Assembly: GCA_976551045.1 (NCBI GenBank)
Contig: CDPCPM010000275.1
Coordinates: 3,844,001 to 3,908,000, forward strand
Origin: Glaucostegus cemiculus
Taxonomy: Eukaryota
Length of the DNA: 64,000 bases
Direction: 5' to 3'
In this document: one piece after another, positions 63,371 to 64,000 of the stretch
Numbering within the stretch: position 1 is the stretch's first letter
How the letters are laid out: each line of letters opens with the position of its first letter
The notes under the pieces: model-generated
Databases searched by the model: none
The model's input: only the letters and a program-made list of their open reading frames with translations
Told to the model about the DNA's origin: nothing
Made by a program: the position numbers and the translations under genes

Positions 63371-64000
63371 TCCAAGATGGCGGCGCACACAGTTGCAGTG
63401 GCCTCTCCCGGGTCTGTAGTGCTTTGTGTTTTTTGTTAGTCTTTTAGTGTTTTTGTGCTGTTTTTTTTCTTGTGTTCTTTGTTCTTGATGTTTGTGTGCT
63501 TGATGTTCATTTTATGGATTCATTGTTTGTGCTGACGGCACCGACAGCTCGTTGGAGCCCATCGGAGGCCCTGGATCCTCGTGGTGGCCTCGAGTTGCGG
63601 GCGGTGAGGGGGCTGCCCGGGCCGGAGGTGGTCGGCCTGCAGGGTGGGAGGTGGTCGGCCTGCGGAGCCGGAGGTCGTCGGACTGTGGGGCCGGAGGTGG
63701 TCGTCCTGGGGGGCCAGAGAAGGTCGGACTGTGGGGCTGGAGGTGGTTGTTGGACTGTGGGCCTGGAGGTTGTAGGACTGCGGGGCTGGAGGTGGTCGTC
63801 GGTGCGGGGTGAGGCTGGGGACTGGGAGATTTAATGTTGAGGTTCTGGGAGACGTGTTGTACCAGCAGATCGAAGTCCATGCGGTTCCAATGTTTTGATG
63901 TTTTTTGTCCTGTTGTCTTTTATTGTCTTTAATGTCTTTTGCACATTGGCCTGTGGAGTACGATATCTTGTCTTCATGTATGCTGTGTGTGTGTGTACAT
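63371..64000 (+). mobile_element. GC-rich non-autonomous LINE-like element beginning with a YY1 motif
   Basis: Abrupt compositional shift at TCCAAGATGGCGGCG, followed by a T-rich tract, internal tandem repeats and a Rex-like 3' phrase (TGCACATTGGCCTGTGGAG). Confidence 0.5.
63619..63797 (+). repeat. minisatellite, ~8 x 23 bp
   Basis: Unit ~GGGCCGGAGGTGGTCGG(A/C)CTG(C/T)G. Confidence 0.85.

Noticed and set aside
63472-63880. Gly/Pro-rich ORFs on both strands
   Set aside because: Produced by the GC-rich 23-bp tandem repeat.
32300-64000. Additional protein-coding genes downstream
   Set aside because: The remaining ORFs are short and either TE-derived or lack recognisable motifs and exon structure.

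Overview
Vertebrate genomic DNA. The repeat content (V-SINEs, DeuSINEs, CR1, Penelope-type tails) points to a cartilaginous fish (ray/shark). The window holds one protein-coding gene, wnt5a, on the + strand. It appears to open inside the exon-1 5'UTR. Coding segments are 381-386 (inferred), 9634-9764, 11075-11322, 14779-15071 and 29922-30380, all with GT-AG boundaries and consistent phases. These give a 378-aa long form, or 359 aa from the exon-2 Met at 9685. The 3'UTR runs to an AATAAA at 32213. The remaining ~32 kb is gene-free and TE-rich, with CR1 (one near full-length), Rex1/Babar, RTE and L2 LINEs, SINEs and two minisatellites. The most notable observations are: (1) a ~410-bp inverted duplication in intron 4 with strongly asymmetric CpG decay, carrying a degenerate Penelope-type hammerhead motif next to the exon-5 acceptor; (2) a two-domain CpG landscape with an abrupt codon-usage switch in exon 5; (3) uORFs, including a predicted 89-aa spliced overlapping uORF; (4) an MDGCEL->MDGCAL change in the Foxy-5/Box5 hexapeptide; (5) a fossil Harbinger transposase; (6) two intronic fold-back elements. 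I found no evidence for a wholly new multi-gene system. All homology statements come from recalled sequences, not from searches.
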